Assembly: GCA_016195715.1 (NCBI GenBank)
Contig: JACPZA010000010.1
Location: 14,307-78,306 of the forward strand
DNA length: 64,000 nucleotides
DNA from: Candidatus Daviesbacteria bacterium
GTDB lineage: Bacteria; Patescibacteriota; Microgenomatia; Daviesbacterales; UBA10151
Direction of reading: 5' to 3'
Every line of letters starts with the position of its first letter. Position 1 is the first letter of the stretch. Positions 39,132 to 47,980 of the stretch are shown piece after piece. Made by a program: the position numbers and the translations under genes. Under the pieces are notes generated by a model that was not told where the DNA came from, did no database searches, and worked only from the letters and a program-made list of their open reading frames with translations.

Positions 39132-40580
39132 ATGAAAATTCTGCCCATACGAGTAATTTTAGATGAAGAGAAGGAAGAAGTTGGAATAAATTTAGTTAAT
39201 TTAGCTAAGCTAAAAAGACTGGGATTTCCAATTTCTGATGGAATTGTAGTTTTTCCTCCAGATTTATCCAATTTTTTCAAAAAATATCAAAGCTTTGACA
39301 AGGGTTATATTGAAAGAAATTATTCTGAGATTAAAAAAGAGCTATTTAAATTAACTGTTCCTGATTCCTTAATTTTTGAATTAAAAGATAAATTATCTGT
39401 TGCTGATTTAAAAAAAATTTGGCAAAAACTTTTGGAAAATTGGTTAAATCAAATTAAAATTTTTAATAATTTATCTATCCAGCCAATAATTTTTTCTTCT
39501 AAAATAATTGCATCTGGAACAATTTATGAAAGTGAAAAAGTTATTCATCAAAAGATTATTAAAGATTCAAATTTAGAGATTAAAAAAGGCGAGTTAAAGC
39601 CTAGACTTTTAAAGGAGTTAGATGAATTAGTTATTAAAATGGATAGAATTTTGGGGATCCCTCAAATTTATCACTTTATTGTTGAAGAAGTTGGAAGGGA
39701 AAATATTATTAAAATTGTTAGTCTAATCCCTTCAACTCCTGAGTTTAAAACTATCAAAGATGAAATTTTAAATAGTGAAATTAAATTAGAAACAAAAATG
39801 AATTTAACTATCAGTAAATCTTCAACTAAACTTTTCATAAAAGCCTCAAAAGAAATACTACCTTTAGATAAAAGTTTAGATGGGTTTTTAATGTGCTCAG
39901 AAGATTTTTTAGATTTTGAAGAAAAAGTAACCAAATTAATAGATCTGGCAAGTTTTAATAATATTTCTGTGATATTTAAATTATTTGATGATCCAACAAA
40001 TTTTAATGTTAATGGAACTTTGCGACTTTTAAATGGTGAAACTATCTTAAAAAAGGATGTAGAAGCATTTTTATTTGCTCGTAATAAAAAGCAGCTTCTA
40101 AATATTGATTTAGCAATTCCTCAAACTCGATCGGTTAAAGAATTTTTGGAGATTAAAAGGCAGGTCGCCAGTTTAGGGGTAACTAGAAAAAGGAGTTTAA
40201 AATTTTGGTTGGAGATGGCTATTCCAGAAAATTTACTTAATCTACCTGAGTATTTGGAGGCTGGATTAGATGGAGTAATTATAAACTTGGATTTATTACA
40301 AAGTTATTTAGGTGGGTTTAATATTTCTGAACCAGAGAGAGTAATTTATAACCAAAACTACAAAGCGATATTAAATTTTATTGAGGAGGCGCTAAAAACC
40401 TTGCAAAAAAATCACCTCCCTGTTTTAGCATTTGGTAATTTAACTTTTAAAGATGAAGTCCTAGATTTTTTAGTTAGTAAGGGAGTTTGGGGAGTAACTT
40501 TAAGCTTGGGTGAATCACATAACTTCTATGAGCACTTAGTGATGCTAGAAAAAAGAGTGTTAAATCAACTAATTACCTAA
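39132..40580 (+). CDS. hypothetical protein with PEP-utilizing-enzyme (PPDK_N-like) N-terminal domain
   Basis: Its N-terminus (VGINLVNLAKLKRLGFPISDGIVVFPP) resembles the nucleotide-binding domain of PEP synthase/PPDK. The rest was unassigned. Confidence 0.4.
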   Translation: MKILPIRVILDEEKEEVGINLVNLAKLKRLGFPISDGIVVFPPDLSNFFKKYQSFDKGYIERNYSEIKKELFKLTVPDSLIFELKDKLSVADLKKIWQKLLENWLNQIKIFNNLSIQPIIFSSKIIASGTIYESEKVIHQKIIKDSNLEIKKGELKPRLLKELDELVIKMDRILGIPQIYHFIVEEVGRENIIKIVSLIPSTPEFKTIKDEILNSEIKLETKMNLTISKSSTKLFIKASKEILPLDKSLDGFLMCSEDFLDFEEKVTKLIDLASFNNISVIFKLFDDPTNFNVNGTLRLLNGETILKKDVEAFLFARNKKQLLNIDLAIPQTRSVKEFLEIKRQVASLGVTRKRSLKFWLEMAIPENLLNLPEYLEAGLDGVIINLDLLQSYLGGFNISEPERVIYNQNYKAILNFIEEALKTLQKNHLPVLAFGNLTFKDEVLDFLVSKGVWGVTLSLGESHNFYEHLVMLEKRVLNQLIT

Positions 40581-41246
40581 TCTAAAAAGCAAAACATACT
40601 CACCTTTGGGTTTTTGTTTCTCAAAATTTTTAAGTAGTGTTGAAATTTGTGTCTTGCTGACTGATTCATAAATTTTAGTTAACTCTTTAGCTAAAACAAC
40701 TTCAATATCTCCAAATTCATTCAGCATATCTTTGAGTGTTGTGACTAATTTATAAGGAGAAACAAAACTAATAAAAGTTAATTCAAGCAAATTATAAATT
40801 TCTTTTAAATTTTTAAGTAATTTCATTCTGGCTAGGGTTTTTTCTGGTAAAAACCCTAAAAATAAAAACTTATCTGGAGGCAAAGAAGAAACTGTTAAAG
40901 CTGTTATCAAAGAAGCAGGTCCAGGTATTGCCTCAACTTTAATTCCAAGCTCAATACATTTTCTAACTAATTTAAAGCCAGGGTCTGAAATTAAAGGAGT
41001 TCCAGCATCTGAGACTAAAGCTAAAGTTTGTCCTAATTGTAATTTATTTATTAAAAAATCAACCTGTTTAAATTCATTAAAGTCGTTTAAAGTTAGTAGT
41101 GGTTTTTTAATTTTGTAGTGATTTAAAAGTATTTGGGTGCGCCTTTGATCTTCGCAAATAATTTCATCAACTTGATTTAGTGTATCTAGCGCCCTTAAAG
41201 TAATATCTTTTAAATTGCCTATAGGAGTTGATACAATGTACAACAT
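40569..41246 (-). CDS. rsmI: 16S rRNA (cytidine1402-2'-O)-methyltransferase
   Basis: It has the LYIVSTPIGNLKDITLRAL N-terminus of the tetrapyrrole-methylase fold. Confidence 0.85.
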   Translation of the reverse strand: MLYIVSTPIGNLKDITLRALDTLNQVDEIICEDQRRTQILLNHYKIKKPLLTLNDFNEFKQVDFLINKLQLGQTLALVSDAGTPLISDPGFKLVRKCIELGIKVEAIPGPASLITALTVSSLPPDKFLFLGFLPEKTLARMKLLKNLKEIYNLLELTFISFVSPYKLVTTLKDMLNEFGDIEVVLAKELTKIYESVSKTQISTLLKNFEKQKPKGEYVLLFRLGN

Positions 41247-41853
41247 GCTTGAGAGTATAGCTCAATGGATTATTCATGTCATCTCCACACTTGGATATCC
41301 AGGGATAGTTTTGACGATGGCAATTGAGTCAGCATTAATTCCCCTACCTTCAGAAATTATTATGCCTTTTTCTGGATTTTTAGTTTCAACTGGTCAGTTT
41401 AACATTCATTTAGCAGCTATTTCTGGAGCTGTTGGGAATTTGATAGGGTCTTTGATTGCTTATGCGATAGGTTTTTGGGGACAAGAAGCAGTGGTCAGAA
41501 AATTTATTAAAAATTATGGTAAATGGATTTTAGTTACGGAAAAAGAGTTAGATATGGCTGAAAAGTTAATGAATAAATATGAAGATAGCATTGTGTTAAT
41601 TTCTCGAATACTTCCAGGAGTTAGGACTATTATTTCACTTCCAGCTGGAATTGCTCATCTGCCAATTTTAAGATTTATAATTTTAACCTTTGTGGGTTCT
41701 TTGGTCTGGTCATACTTTTTAGCATATATTGGGTTTGCACTGGGTGAACACTGGAACACTTTGGGAGTTTATTTTCACTCAGCAGATGCAATTATTGGTT
41801 TGGGACTGGCTCTACTGGTAGGATTTTATATTTATCACAAAACTAAACACTAA
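41215..41853 (+). CDS. DedA family membrane protein
   Basis: It has the G.PGIVLTMAIESALIPLPSE core. Its real start is probably an internal Met at 41236 or 41242, because of the overlap with the rsmI start. Confidence 0.8.
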   Translation: MPIGVDTMYNMLESIAQWIIHVISTLGYPGIVLTMAIESALIPLPSEIIMPFSGFLVSTGQFNIHLAAISGAVGNLIGSLIAYAIGFWGQEAVVRKFIKNYGKWILVTEKELDMAEKLMNKYEDSIVLISRILPGVRTIISLPAGIAHLPILRFIILTFVGSLVWSYFLAYIGFALGEHWNTLGVYFHSADAIIGLGLALLVGFYIYHKTKH

Positions 41854-42304
41854 GCTCCCAGTTGTCTAAATCTTTCCAATACACATCTCCAGCAATCCCA
41901 AACATTGAGGCACATTTTTTTAAAGAGTCAGAAGCAGCTGCTTTTAAATCATCAGCAACACTCACTGCTTCACCATTACTTCGACTCATTTTTATATCTG
42001 CTCCACCATATTGAGCTTTAACAATAGTTTGGCCTTTTAACCGGACAGCCAGTTCTCCTCTGACCCAAACTTGTCTTTTTCCCACTTGTTGATCATCAAT
42101 CCGAAAGTCCCAGTTCCAGCCAAAAACCTGATTTAAGATATTTATGACATATCCTACTTCAACATAACTTAGCTGAACCCCTCCAGGTCCAGGACGTTGT
42201 TTAATAAATTGAGTAGGAGTTTTTTGGTTAATAAATGCAAGTTGAGCATCGTTTAATGATTGAGGCAGATTGGGCGGTGAGCGACTTAAAGAATTTTCAG
42301 CCAT
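41843..42304 (-). CDS. Rad52/22-like single-strand annealing protein (core domain only)
   Basis: FGWNWDFRIDDQQVGKRQVWVRGELAVRLKGQTIVKAQYGGADIK...AVSVADDLKAAASDSLKKCASMFGIAGDVY parallels the Rad52 N-terminal core (FG.NGWS...V....GK..V...A.VRV.LKDG...EDVGYG...A.TDGLKRALR.FG..LG). Confidence 0.55.
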   Translation of the reverse strand: MAENSLSRSPPNLPQSLNDAQLAFINQKTPTQFIKQRPGPGGVQLSYVEVGYVINILNQVFGWNWDFRIDDQQVGKRQVWVRGELAVRLKGQTIVKAQYGGADIKMSRSNGEAVSVADDLKAAASDSLKKCASMFGIAGDVYWKDLDNWELSV

Positions 42305-42533
42305 AGCTAATTAATATTTTTTAGAAAACTTTAATAAACCATTACTATAAAAAGCCTGCATGCTAATTAAATTTCCTAAAATTATTGGGACTGAATTAAA
42401 GTCAGTTGGTTTTTTATTTTGATGCAGATTTCTTTTAGGTAATTTCATAGGCAGTTTTAAGTTATTTTTATATTAGTGATATTTAGTGAAAATCAATGCA
42501 GAGGGTTGTAAGGAAAATGCAAGATTAGACCTC

Positions 42534-42563
42534 TTGACAAGCAATAACGTCTAGGAGTATATT
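42534..42563 (+). promoter_or_regulatory. sigma70-like promoter (TTGACA-18-TATATT)
   Basis: The -35 TTGACA is at 42534..42539 and the -10 TATATT at 42558..42563. The predicted transcription start coincides with the ATG at 42570. Confidence 0.45.
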
Positions 42564-42569
42564 CAAACT

Positions 42570-42722
42570 ATGAGTTCTTATTTTCACACAAGGCAAGTTT
42601 GCAATCTTATTAAAGTCCATTATGGAATGCTCATTATGAGCATTTCCAAGGAGGCAAGTTTTTAGATTTTTTCTAAAAACTTAAGTAGGATTATAGCCTC
42701 CCAAAATGGGAGGCTTTTTATT
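42570..42722 (+). ncRNA. candidate leader/attenuator RNA with 31-codon leaderless small ORF, ending at an intrinsic terminator
   Basis: A small ORF runs 42570..42665 (MSSYFHTRQVCNLIKVHYGMLIMSISKEASF). There is a 19-nt palindrome at 42626..42644. GGAGGC at 42650..42655 is complementary to the 5' arm of the terminator stem. Confidence 0.35.
42695..42722 (+). terminator. rho-independent terminator hairpin followed by a T-run
   Basis: The stem GCCTCCCA / TGGGAGGC encloses an AAA loop and is followed by TTTTTATT. It sits immediately upstream of the RBS of the 42738 ORF. Confidence 0.6.
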
Positions 42723-42737
42723 AGAAAGGAAAAATAT

Positions 42738-43355
42738 ATGGGTGAAAGGGGAAATTTTTTTCAAAGATATATGGAACAATTGCCTGGACCTACTACTATT
42801 TCAGCCCAAAACAGGCACTTCAGATCCTTAGATAGATGCTTAGGGTACATTGCTGGTACATTTAAGCCTTCAGAACAGATTCAAAGTGTGTTCGCTGAAG
42901 AGGAATTACAACGTTTAGCTTCATTTGGAGTTTATAATTTGCGGAATCGCGCCATCACTGATCGTGAATTATCTATTGCTGAAGGGACTAAAAACCTTAT
43001 AGAGGCTCGTAGGACAACCCCAAATCTTCACCAAACAGCAAAACCTTTGTCAGAGCAAAGTAGAACTAGACCAATTAGAATGAGTCACACAGAAACACAA
43101 CCAACCGACCCAGACGTAAAGTTTAGTTCACCTGAAGATCCCGTGCTATATCTTCAAAGATTGGCATCGATCGCGAGGGTGTATCCAATTTTACAAAATG
43201 GAGGAGTTGAAGTTGAGGGTTTGGATGGAGATCGATTAGTAACAGGTCTAGTAGGAGTGATGCATGATACTTATAAATTATTAGCCAGAAACGGTTATGG
43301 AGAAGAAGCAGATAAAGTGTTGGTTTTATTGGGGGTTCGTTTAAAGATTAGTTAA
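42738..43355 (+). CDS. hypothetical protein (G+C-rich, atypical composition)
   Basis: It is a 205-aa ORF with an AAAGGA RBS. Its amino-acid composition (R/Q/G/E-rich, K-poor) is unlike the host proteins. No family was recognised. Confidence 0.4.
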   Translation: MGERGNFFQRYMEQLPGPTTISAQNRHFRSLDRCLGYIAGTFKPSEQIQSVFAEEELQRLASFGVYNLRNRAITDRELSIAEGTKNLIEARRTTPNLHQTAKPLSEQSRTRPIRMSHTETQPTDPDVKFSSPEDPVLYLQRLASIARVYPILQNGGVEVEGLDGDRLVTGLVGVMHDTYKLLARNGYGEEADKVLVLLGVRLKIS

Positions 43356-43965
43356 ATCTTCTGATTACTCCGACACACTTTCCCTGGATTTGAACATCTG
43401 TAGCATAGATTGGCTCCATGGCAGCATTGGCAGGTTCAAGGCGGATTCTATTTGGCTCTCTAAAGTAACGCTTTAGGGTGGCTAGTCCATTTTCAAGCAG
43501 AGCAACAACTATATCTCCATCATAAGCAAAGTTTTGCTCCTCGATGATGACGAAATCTCCGTCTAAGATTCCGTCTTCTATCATCGAGTTGCCCTTAACT
43601 TGAAGTACAAATGATTTTTTCTTTCCAGAAACTAAACTTGTGGAGACTGTGACAGATGCATCAGGATCAGTAAAAGGCATAATTGGTTGACCCGCAGCAA
43701 TATAACCTAAAATAGGTAATTCCACAGTTTTTAGTGGAGTAGCGCTATTATAGTCAGTAATTTCAATCCCCCTGACAGAACCTTCAAATTTCCTAATCAC
43801 CCCTTTTTTAGCTAGAGCTTGCAAGTGCTCATGAACTGTAGCTAAAGAAGAAACTCCCATAGCTTCAGCAATTTCCCCAAGAGTAGGGGAGTAACCATAT
43901 TTTTCAATATAATCTTTTATAAAGCGAAAAATTTGTTTTTGTCTTTTATATAAAGTTACGGGCAT
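43348..43965 (-). CDS. lexA: LexA repressor (S24 peptidase)
   Basis: It has an N-terminal LexA winged-HTH (LYKRQKQIFRFIKDYIEKYGYSPTLGEIAEAMGVSSLATVHEHLQALAKKGVIR) and a C-terminal S24 fold (GNSM...KRY). Confidence 0.85.
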   Translation of the reverse strand: MPVTLYKRQKQIFRFIKDYIEKYGYSPTLGEIAEAMGVSSLATVHEHLQALAKKGVIRKFEGSVRGIEITDYNSATPLKTVELPILGYIAAGQPIMPFTDPDASVTVSTSLVSGKKKSFVLQVKGNSMIEDGILDGDFVIIEEQNFAYDGDIVVALLENGLATLKRYFREPNRIRLEPANAAMEPIYATDVQIQGKCVGVIRRFN

Positions 43966-43969
43966 ACCA

Positions 43970-43989
43970 AAACTTTACCAAACTTTACC
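43970..43989 (-). promoter_or_regulatory. tandem 10-nt direct repeat (AAACTTTACC x2) at lexA start, overlapping the putative -10
   Basis: It is an exact tandem duplicate 4 nt upstream of the lexA ATG. A TTGACA element on the lexA strand lies at 43997..44002. Confidence 0.35.
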
Positions 43990-44030
43990 CGAAGATGTCA
44001 ACCTAGACTTAATGTATCAAAAGCAGTCAA

Positions 44031-44651
44031 CTATTTAATGATGGAGTTTTCTTGATAAGTCCCTGAAACAGCAACCAGGGGATAGACTATACTATTTTTG
44101 CCCAAAATCACCCCAGGGTTTAATACAGAGTTTGCTCCTATTCGACAGTTATCTCCAATTATTGCTCCTAGCTTTTTAAGTTGAGTATCTATTTTTTGTC
44201 CATGGACATCAACTAAAATACTTTGCTGATCTAATCTTAAATTTGCTACCTGTGCTCCCCCAGCAAAATTTATGTTGCTGCCAATGACACTATCTCCGAT
44301 ATGATTAAAATGAGCAATTGTGGAGTTATTTAATATAATTGAATTTTTTATTTCACTGGCATGACCGATGTTAGAATTTTCTCCAACAATGACATTTTCC
44401 CTAATATAAGCGTTAAAACGGATTTGTACTCCTTTGCCAATATAAGCTGGGCCTAAAATTCTAGCTGTTGGATCAACTTTAGCTCCATCTTCAACAAAAA
44501 CATTACTGGCAAAATTGCCTTTTATTTTTTCGCTAGAAAAAAGCTCCTTTAAGTAATTTGGTAAAGCTTTAACTACTTCCCAGACGTTTTCTTTTTCAAA
44601 AAGAGGCTTTAGCAAATCATTTTTTATGATAAAAAAATCAGTTGGTTTCAT
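44031..44651 (-). CDS. left-handed beta-helix acetyltransferase (GlmU C-terminal half-like)
   Basis: It has hexapeptide repeats (IGDNCRIGANSVLNPGVILGKNSIV). Its start overlaps the upstream ORF's stop (ATGA). Confidence 0.7.
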   Translation of the reverse strand: MKPTDFFIIKNDLLKPLFEKENVWEVVKALPNYLKELFSSEKIKGNFASNVFVEDGAKVDPTARILGPAYIGKGVQIRFNAYIRENVIVGENSNIGHASEIKNSIILNNSTIAHFNHIGDSVIGSNINFAGGAQVANLRLDQQSILVDVHGQKIDTQLKKLGAIIGDNCRIGANSVLNPGVILGKNSIVYPLVAVSGTYQENSIIK

Positions 44652-45388
44652 ATATCTGCTAACTCTTTTGCCTCCTCCAACTCCTCTTGAGTATTAATTC
44701 CGCGCCACATCAAATCTTTTATAAATACCATTTCCACTTTATCATGATTTGCCATAGCTTGTTCTACTAGGGTTACTAGGTAATATTCACTGGTAATTTG
44801 GCTTTTTTTAACTTTATCAATGTTTTCTCTTAAAAATTCTAAGTCAAATAAGTAAGCGGCTAAATTAACTTCTTTAACTTTTTTTTCTGCTTCACTTGCT
44901 TCTTTTTCTTCAACAATTTTAACTAAATTATTTTTAGTGTCTCTAATTATTCTACCAAGACCTTTTGGGTTATCCAAATGAGTGGTTAAAAAAGTAATTT
45001 TATTACTGCTTGTTAAATGATGGTTTATTAATTTTTCTAAGACTTCTTTGGAGAGCAAAAATGAATCATCTCCATTTAAAACTAAACAATTTTTAATGTG
45101 CTTTTTAGTTACCTCTAAAGCAACTTTAACAGCATGGGCTGTACCAAGTTGTTCAATTTGCTCAACAGTTTGGATATCTTTGTCAAGTAAATTTAAAACT
45201 GAATCTTTAGCGTGACCAACAACCACCAAAATATTTTTTAGATTAAGTTGTCTTAAGGTGTCAATAGTCCGCTGAATAAGTGGGGTTCCTTGAACTTCTA
45301 AAACTACTTTGTTTGAAGATCCAGAATTTAAACGACTACCTTTACCTGCTGCTAAAATAATTACTTCTAAATCTTTGGAATTTATCAT
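44648..45388 (-). CDS. sugar-1-phosphate nucleotidylyltransferase (GlmU N-terminal half-like)
   Basis: It has the ILAAGKGSRL nucleotidyltransferase motif over 246 aa. Confidence 0.75.
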   Translation of the reverse strand: MINSKDLEVIILAAGKGSRLNSGSSNKVVLEVQGTPLIQRTIDTLRQLNLKNILVVVGHAKDSVLNLLDKDIQTVEQIEQLGTAHAVKVALEVTKKHIKNCLVLNGDDSFLLSKEVLEKLINHHLTSSNKITFLTTHLDNPKGLGRIIRDTKNNLVKIVEEKEASEAEKKVKEVNLAAYLFDLEFLRENIDKVKKSQITSEYYLVTLVEQAMANHDKVEMVFIKDLMWRGINTQEELEEAKELADI

Positions 45389-45670
45389 GAGTTAAGCAGA
45401 TTTTAACAGAGCATTTAAAAGTGAGCAAATTTTAATCCCAGATGAGAAATTATAACCATTAAAAAAACTGACATCAAACAAGTAAAAAAAATTTTCCAGT
45501 TTCCTTTTACAAGCAGCTTATTGATGTAATTATTGGCGTTTTTGATCATTTAAGAAATAAGTAAAGACTTTGTAAAAAATTTGTAAATAGAAAAAACACT
45601 ATACCAGCTAATTTTAATAACTGTCAAGCAAACACTTTGATAGTTTTTCTAGTTTCTATATAATGAATTT

Positions 45671-46399
45671 ATGCGTTATACTCATAGTTTTAAATTAATT
45701 CGTAAAAGAAGGCACGCTGCAAAAATCTCGATTATTATCACAGTAGTTTTAAGTTTATTGATTATTCTTTTAGGTTTTAAAGTTTTAGACGCTAAATTAT
45801 TTTTTTTCGGGTTTATTGAAAGTTTATTTAGAGTAGTGATAGCTTATGGAATCTCTTTAGTGATTGCCTGCCTACTTGCCATGTTAGTTGTTTCTACTAA
45901 AAAAGTTGAAGATATCACTTTACCAATTCTTGATGCTTTGCAAAGTTTTCCTTCGTTTGCTTTATATCCTTTATTTGTATTGTGGTTTGGCAAGGTTTCG
46001 CTAGTTACAATTATTATTTTAATAGTGGAAATGATTTGGCCAATTTTGTTTACTTTACTTTCATCTCATAAACAAATTCATCAAGATTTATTTGAGGCTG
46101 CTAAAGCATATGGTGCCAAAAATTGGAAATATTTAATATATGTTTTATTTCCATTACTTTTACCAGGGATTATTACCGGATCAATTGTGGCTTGGGGTGA
46201 AGCCTGGGAAGCTATAATAGCTGCTGAGATTATTGTGAATGTTCCAGGAGTAGGGTCATATTTAGCGAATGTGGGAAATAGCAATCATTCAGAACTTTTA
46301 ATTATTGGAATTGCTTTACTTTTAATGATTCTATTTATCATTAATAAATATTTATGGCTACCATTACTTAATTTCAGCACTGAATACCAGCAAGATTAA
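45671..46399 (+). CDS. ABC transporter permease (NitT/TauT family)
   Basis: It has 6 TM helices and an EAA-like loop (FEAAKAYGAKNWKYLIYVLFP). Confidence 0.8.
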   Translation: MRYTHSFKLIRKRRHAAKISIIITVVLSLLIILLGFKVLDAKLFFFGFIESLFRVVIAYGISLVIACLLAMLVVSTKKVEDITLPILDALQSFPSFALYPLFVLWFGKVSLVTIIILIVEMIWPILFTLLSSHKQIHQDLFEAAKAYGAKNWKYLIYVLFPLLLPGIITGSIVAWGEAWEAIIAAEIIVNVPGVGSYLANVGNSNHSELLIIGIALLLMILFIINKYLWLPLLNFSTEYQQD

Positions 46400-47119
46400 A
46401 TGTTAAAAATAATTAACTTATCAAAAAGATTTGCAGTTGAAGATCAAGAGATTAGAGCTTTAGATGGATTAAATTTAGAGGTCGATAACGGCGAGTTTTG
46501 TACAATTATTGGTCCCTCAGGTTGTGGAAAATCTACATTACTTAGGATTATAGCTGGGTTGGAGACTAAAACCACAGGAGAGTTAATTTGGGACAATCCT
46601 CCAAAACTGGGATATGTTTTTCAAAATTATGCACTTTTTCCCTATTTAACTGTTTTTGAAAACATTGAGTTTGGTTTAAAAATGGAGGGAGTAGCTTTGC
46701 ATGATCGGACTAAAATAGTTTTAGAATTAATTGAAGAAGTTGGGTTAACTGGGTTTGAGGATAAGCATCCAAAAGAGTTATCTGGGGGGATGAAGCAACG
46801 GGTAGGGATTGCCAGGAGCTTAAGTATCGAACCAAATGTCTTACTTTTAGATGAGCCATTTTCTTCAGTGGATGAGTTTACAGCCGAAAGCTTGCGGGAT
46901 TTGCTTTTAAAGCTTTGGCATAAAAGAAAGATTACAATAATTATGGTGACTCATTTAATAAGAGAAGCGTTGGAGATGTCAGATCAAATAGTTGTTATGA
47001 CACCTCGCCCTGGAACTGTAGAGAAAATTTTAGAAAATGAGTTAAAAAGACCTCGAAACTTACGCTCCGACGACTTTTTCAAAATGGAAGATAAATTAAG
47101 AGAGTTAATTAAATTTTAA
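46400..47119 (+). CDS. ABC transporter ATP-binding protein
   Basis: It has Walker A (GPSGCGKST), signature (LSGGMKQR) and Walker B (LLLDEPFS) motifs. Confidence 0.9.
   Translation: MLKIINLSKRFAVEDQEIRALDGLNLEVDNGEFCTIIGPSGCGKSTLLRIIAGLETKTTGELIWDNPPKLGYVFQNYALFPYLTVFENIEFGLKMEGVALHDRTKIVLELIEEVGLTGFEDKHPKELSGGMKQRVGIARSLSIEPNVLLLDEPFSSVDEFTAESLRDLLLKLWHKRKITIIMVTHLIREALEMSDQIVVMTPRPGTVEKILENELKRPRNLRSDDFFKMEDKLRELIKF
47081..47112 (+). repeat. direct repeat copy 1 (3' end of ABC ATPase gene)
   Basis: atggaagataaattaagagagttaattaa (47084..47112) is identical to 47984..48012. Both copies encode the MEDKLRELIK(F*) C-terminus. Confidence 0.9.
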
Positions 47120-47121
47120 AA

Positions 47122-47775
47122 TTATTGCAAAGACTTGACCCCTAGTTCTTTTGAGAGTTTTCTATAAAATTCTTTTAGCAAATCAATCTCGAGTGGTTTT
47201 ATCATTCTCGGAAGAAAATCAAAATCCTCAATTTTCAAAAAATCAGCTGCTAATATAAAAGGGTCAATTTCTTTTTTAAATTTTACCTTGACTCCCTCGA
47301 TTAAATCCCAAACAGAAAAATCTCTTAATAAAAAGTAAAGGTCTACAAAATCTTTAACTTCAGATCTTTGGGTTACTACCAATAGTTTATTTACGGCGAT
47401 ATCCGTTAAACTATCTACCTCAACTCCATTGATTATATCTCTTTTTTCAATTCTCTTGTAAGGATAATAAGCAAAATCGACCTTAAGCTCACTATTTTTA
47501 TCAAATATCAGATTAAACATGTAGTTAACTTCAGCAAAGTTTGAACTAAACTTAAAATTGCACTTTTTACTCCACATTTCCATTAGAGTAAAAATAATTT
47601 TATTGTCAAACTTTCGTTCAGAGAAAAAATCTAGATCATCAGAGTAGCGATGTTTAAGATAAAAAGCACTTAAAGCCGTACCACCTGTTAAGTAAAATTC
47701 TTTTAAATACTCGCTCAAACTAAGCTGATTAAGAATTATTTGCTGATTTTGCGTTAGGATTGATATTTTCCCCAT
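47122..47775 (-). CDS. AbiEii/AbiGii-family nucleotidyltransferase (type IV toxin-like, DUF1814)
   Basis: It has the N-terminal motif FYLTGGTALSAFYLKHRYSDDLDFF (GGTAL...R.S.DLDF) over 217 aa. Confidence 0.7.
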   Translation of the reverse strand: MGKISILTQNQQIILNQLSLSEYLKEFYLTGGTALSAFYLKHRYSDDLDFFSERKFDNKIIFTLMEMWSKKCNFKFSSNFAEVNYMFNLIFDKNSELKVDFAYYPYKRIEKRDIINGVEVDSLTDIAVNKLLVVTQRSEVKDFVDLYFLLRDFSVWDLIEGVKVKFKKEIDPFILAADFLKIEDFDFLPRMIKPLEIDLLKEFYRKLSKELGVKSLQ

Positions 47776-47954
47776 ATCAGTAGCTCCAGAAGACGTTTTT
47801 GCAATTTGAATAAGTGTAGCTCATACCAATTTTTTTTAACTTCCTCTAAATTAATTTTATTTTTGCCTGGGCCATAATTTATACTTCGCTCCAGAAGTAG
47901 TAAACGTCCTCTTTTGCTTTTTAGTAAAACCTTTCTAGTATAATCCCAAAGCAT
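47754..47954 (-). CDS. hypothetical small ORF overlapping the AbiEii start
   Basis: It is 66 aa and overlaps the toxin-like gene by 22 nt. It could be a remnant or a small partner. No family was recognised. Confidence 0.2.
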   Translation of the reverse strand: MLWDYTRKVLLKSKRGRLLLLERSINYGPGKNKINLEEVKKNWYELHLFKLQKRLLELLIWGKYQS

Positions 47955-47980
47955 GAAACTATTATACTAAACAAACTTAT

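Noticed and set aside
41215-41246. 32-nt divergent overlap between rsmI and dedA start codons
   Set aside because: It is most likely a start-codon over-extension of dedA (internal Met at 41236/41242) rather than a real feature.
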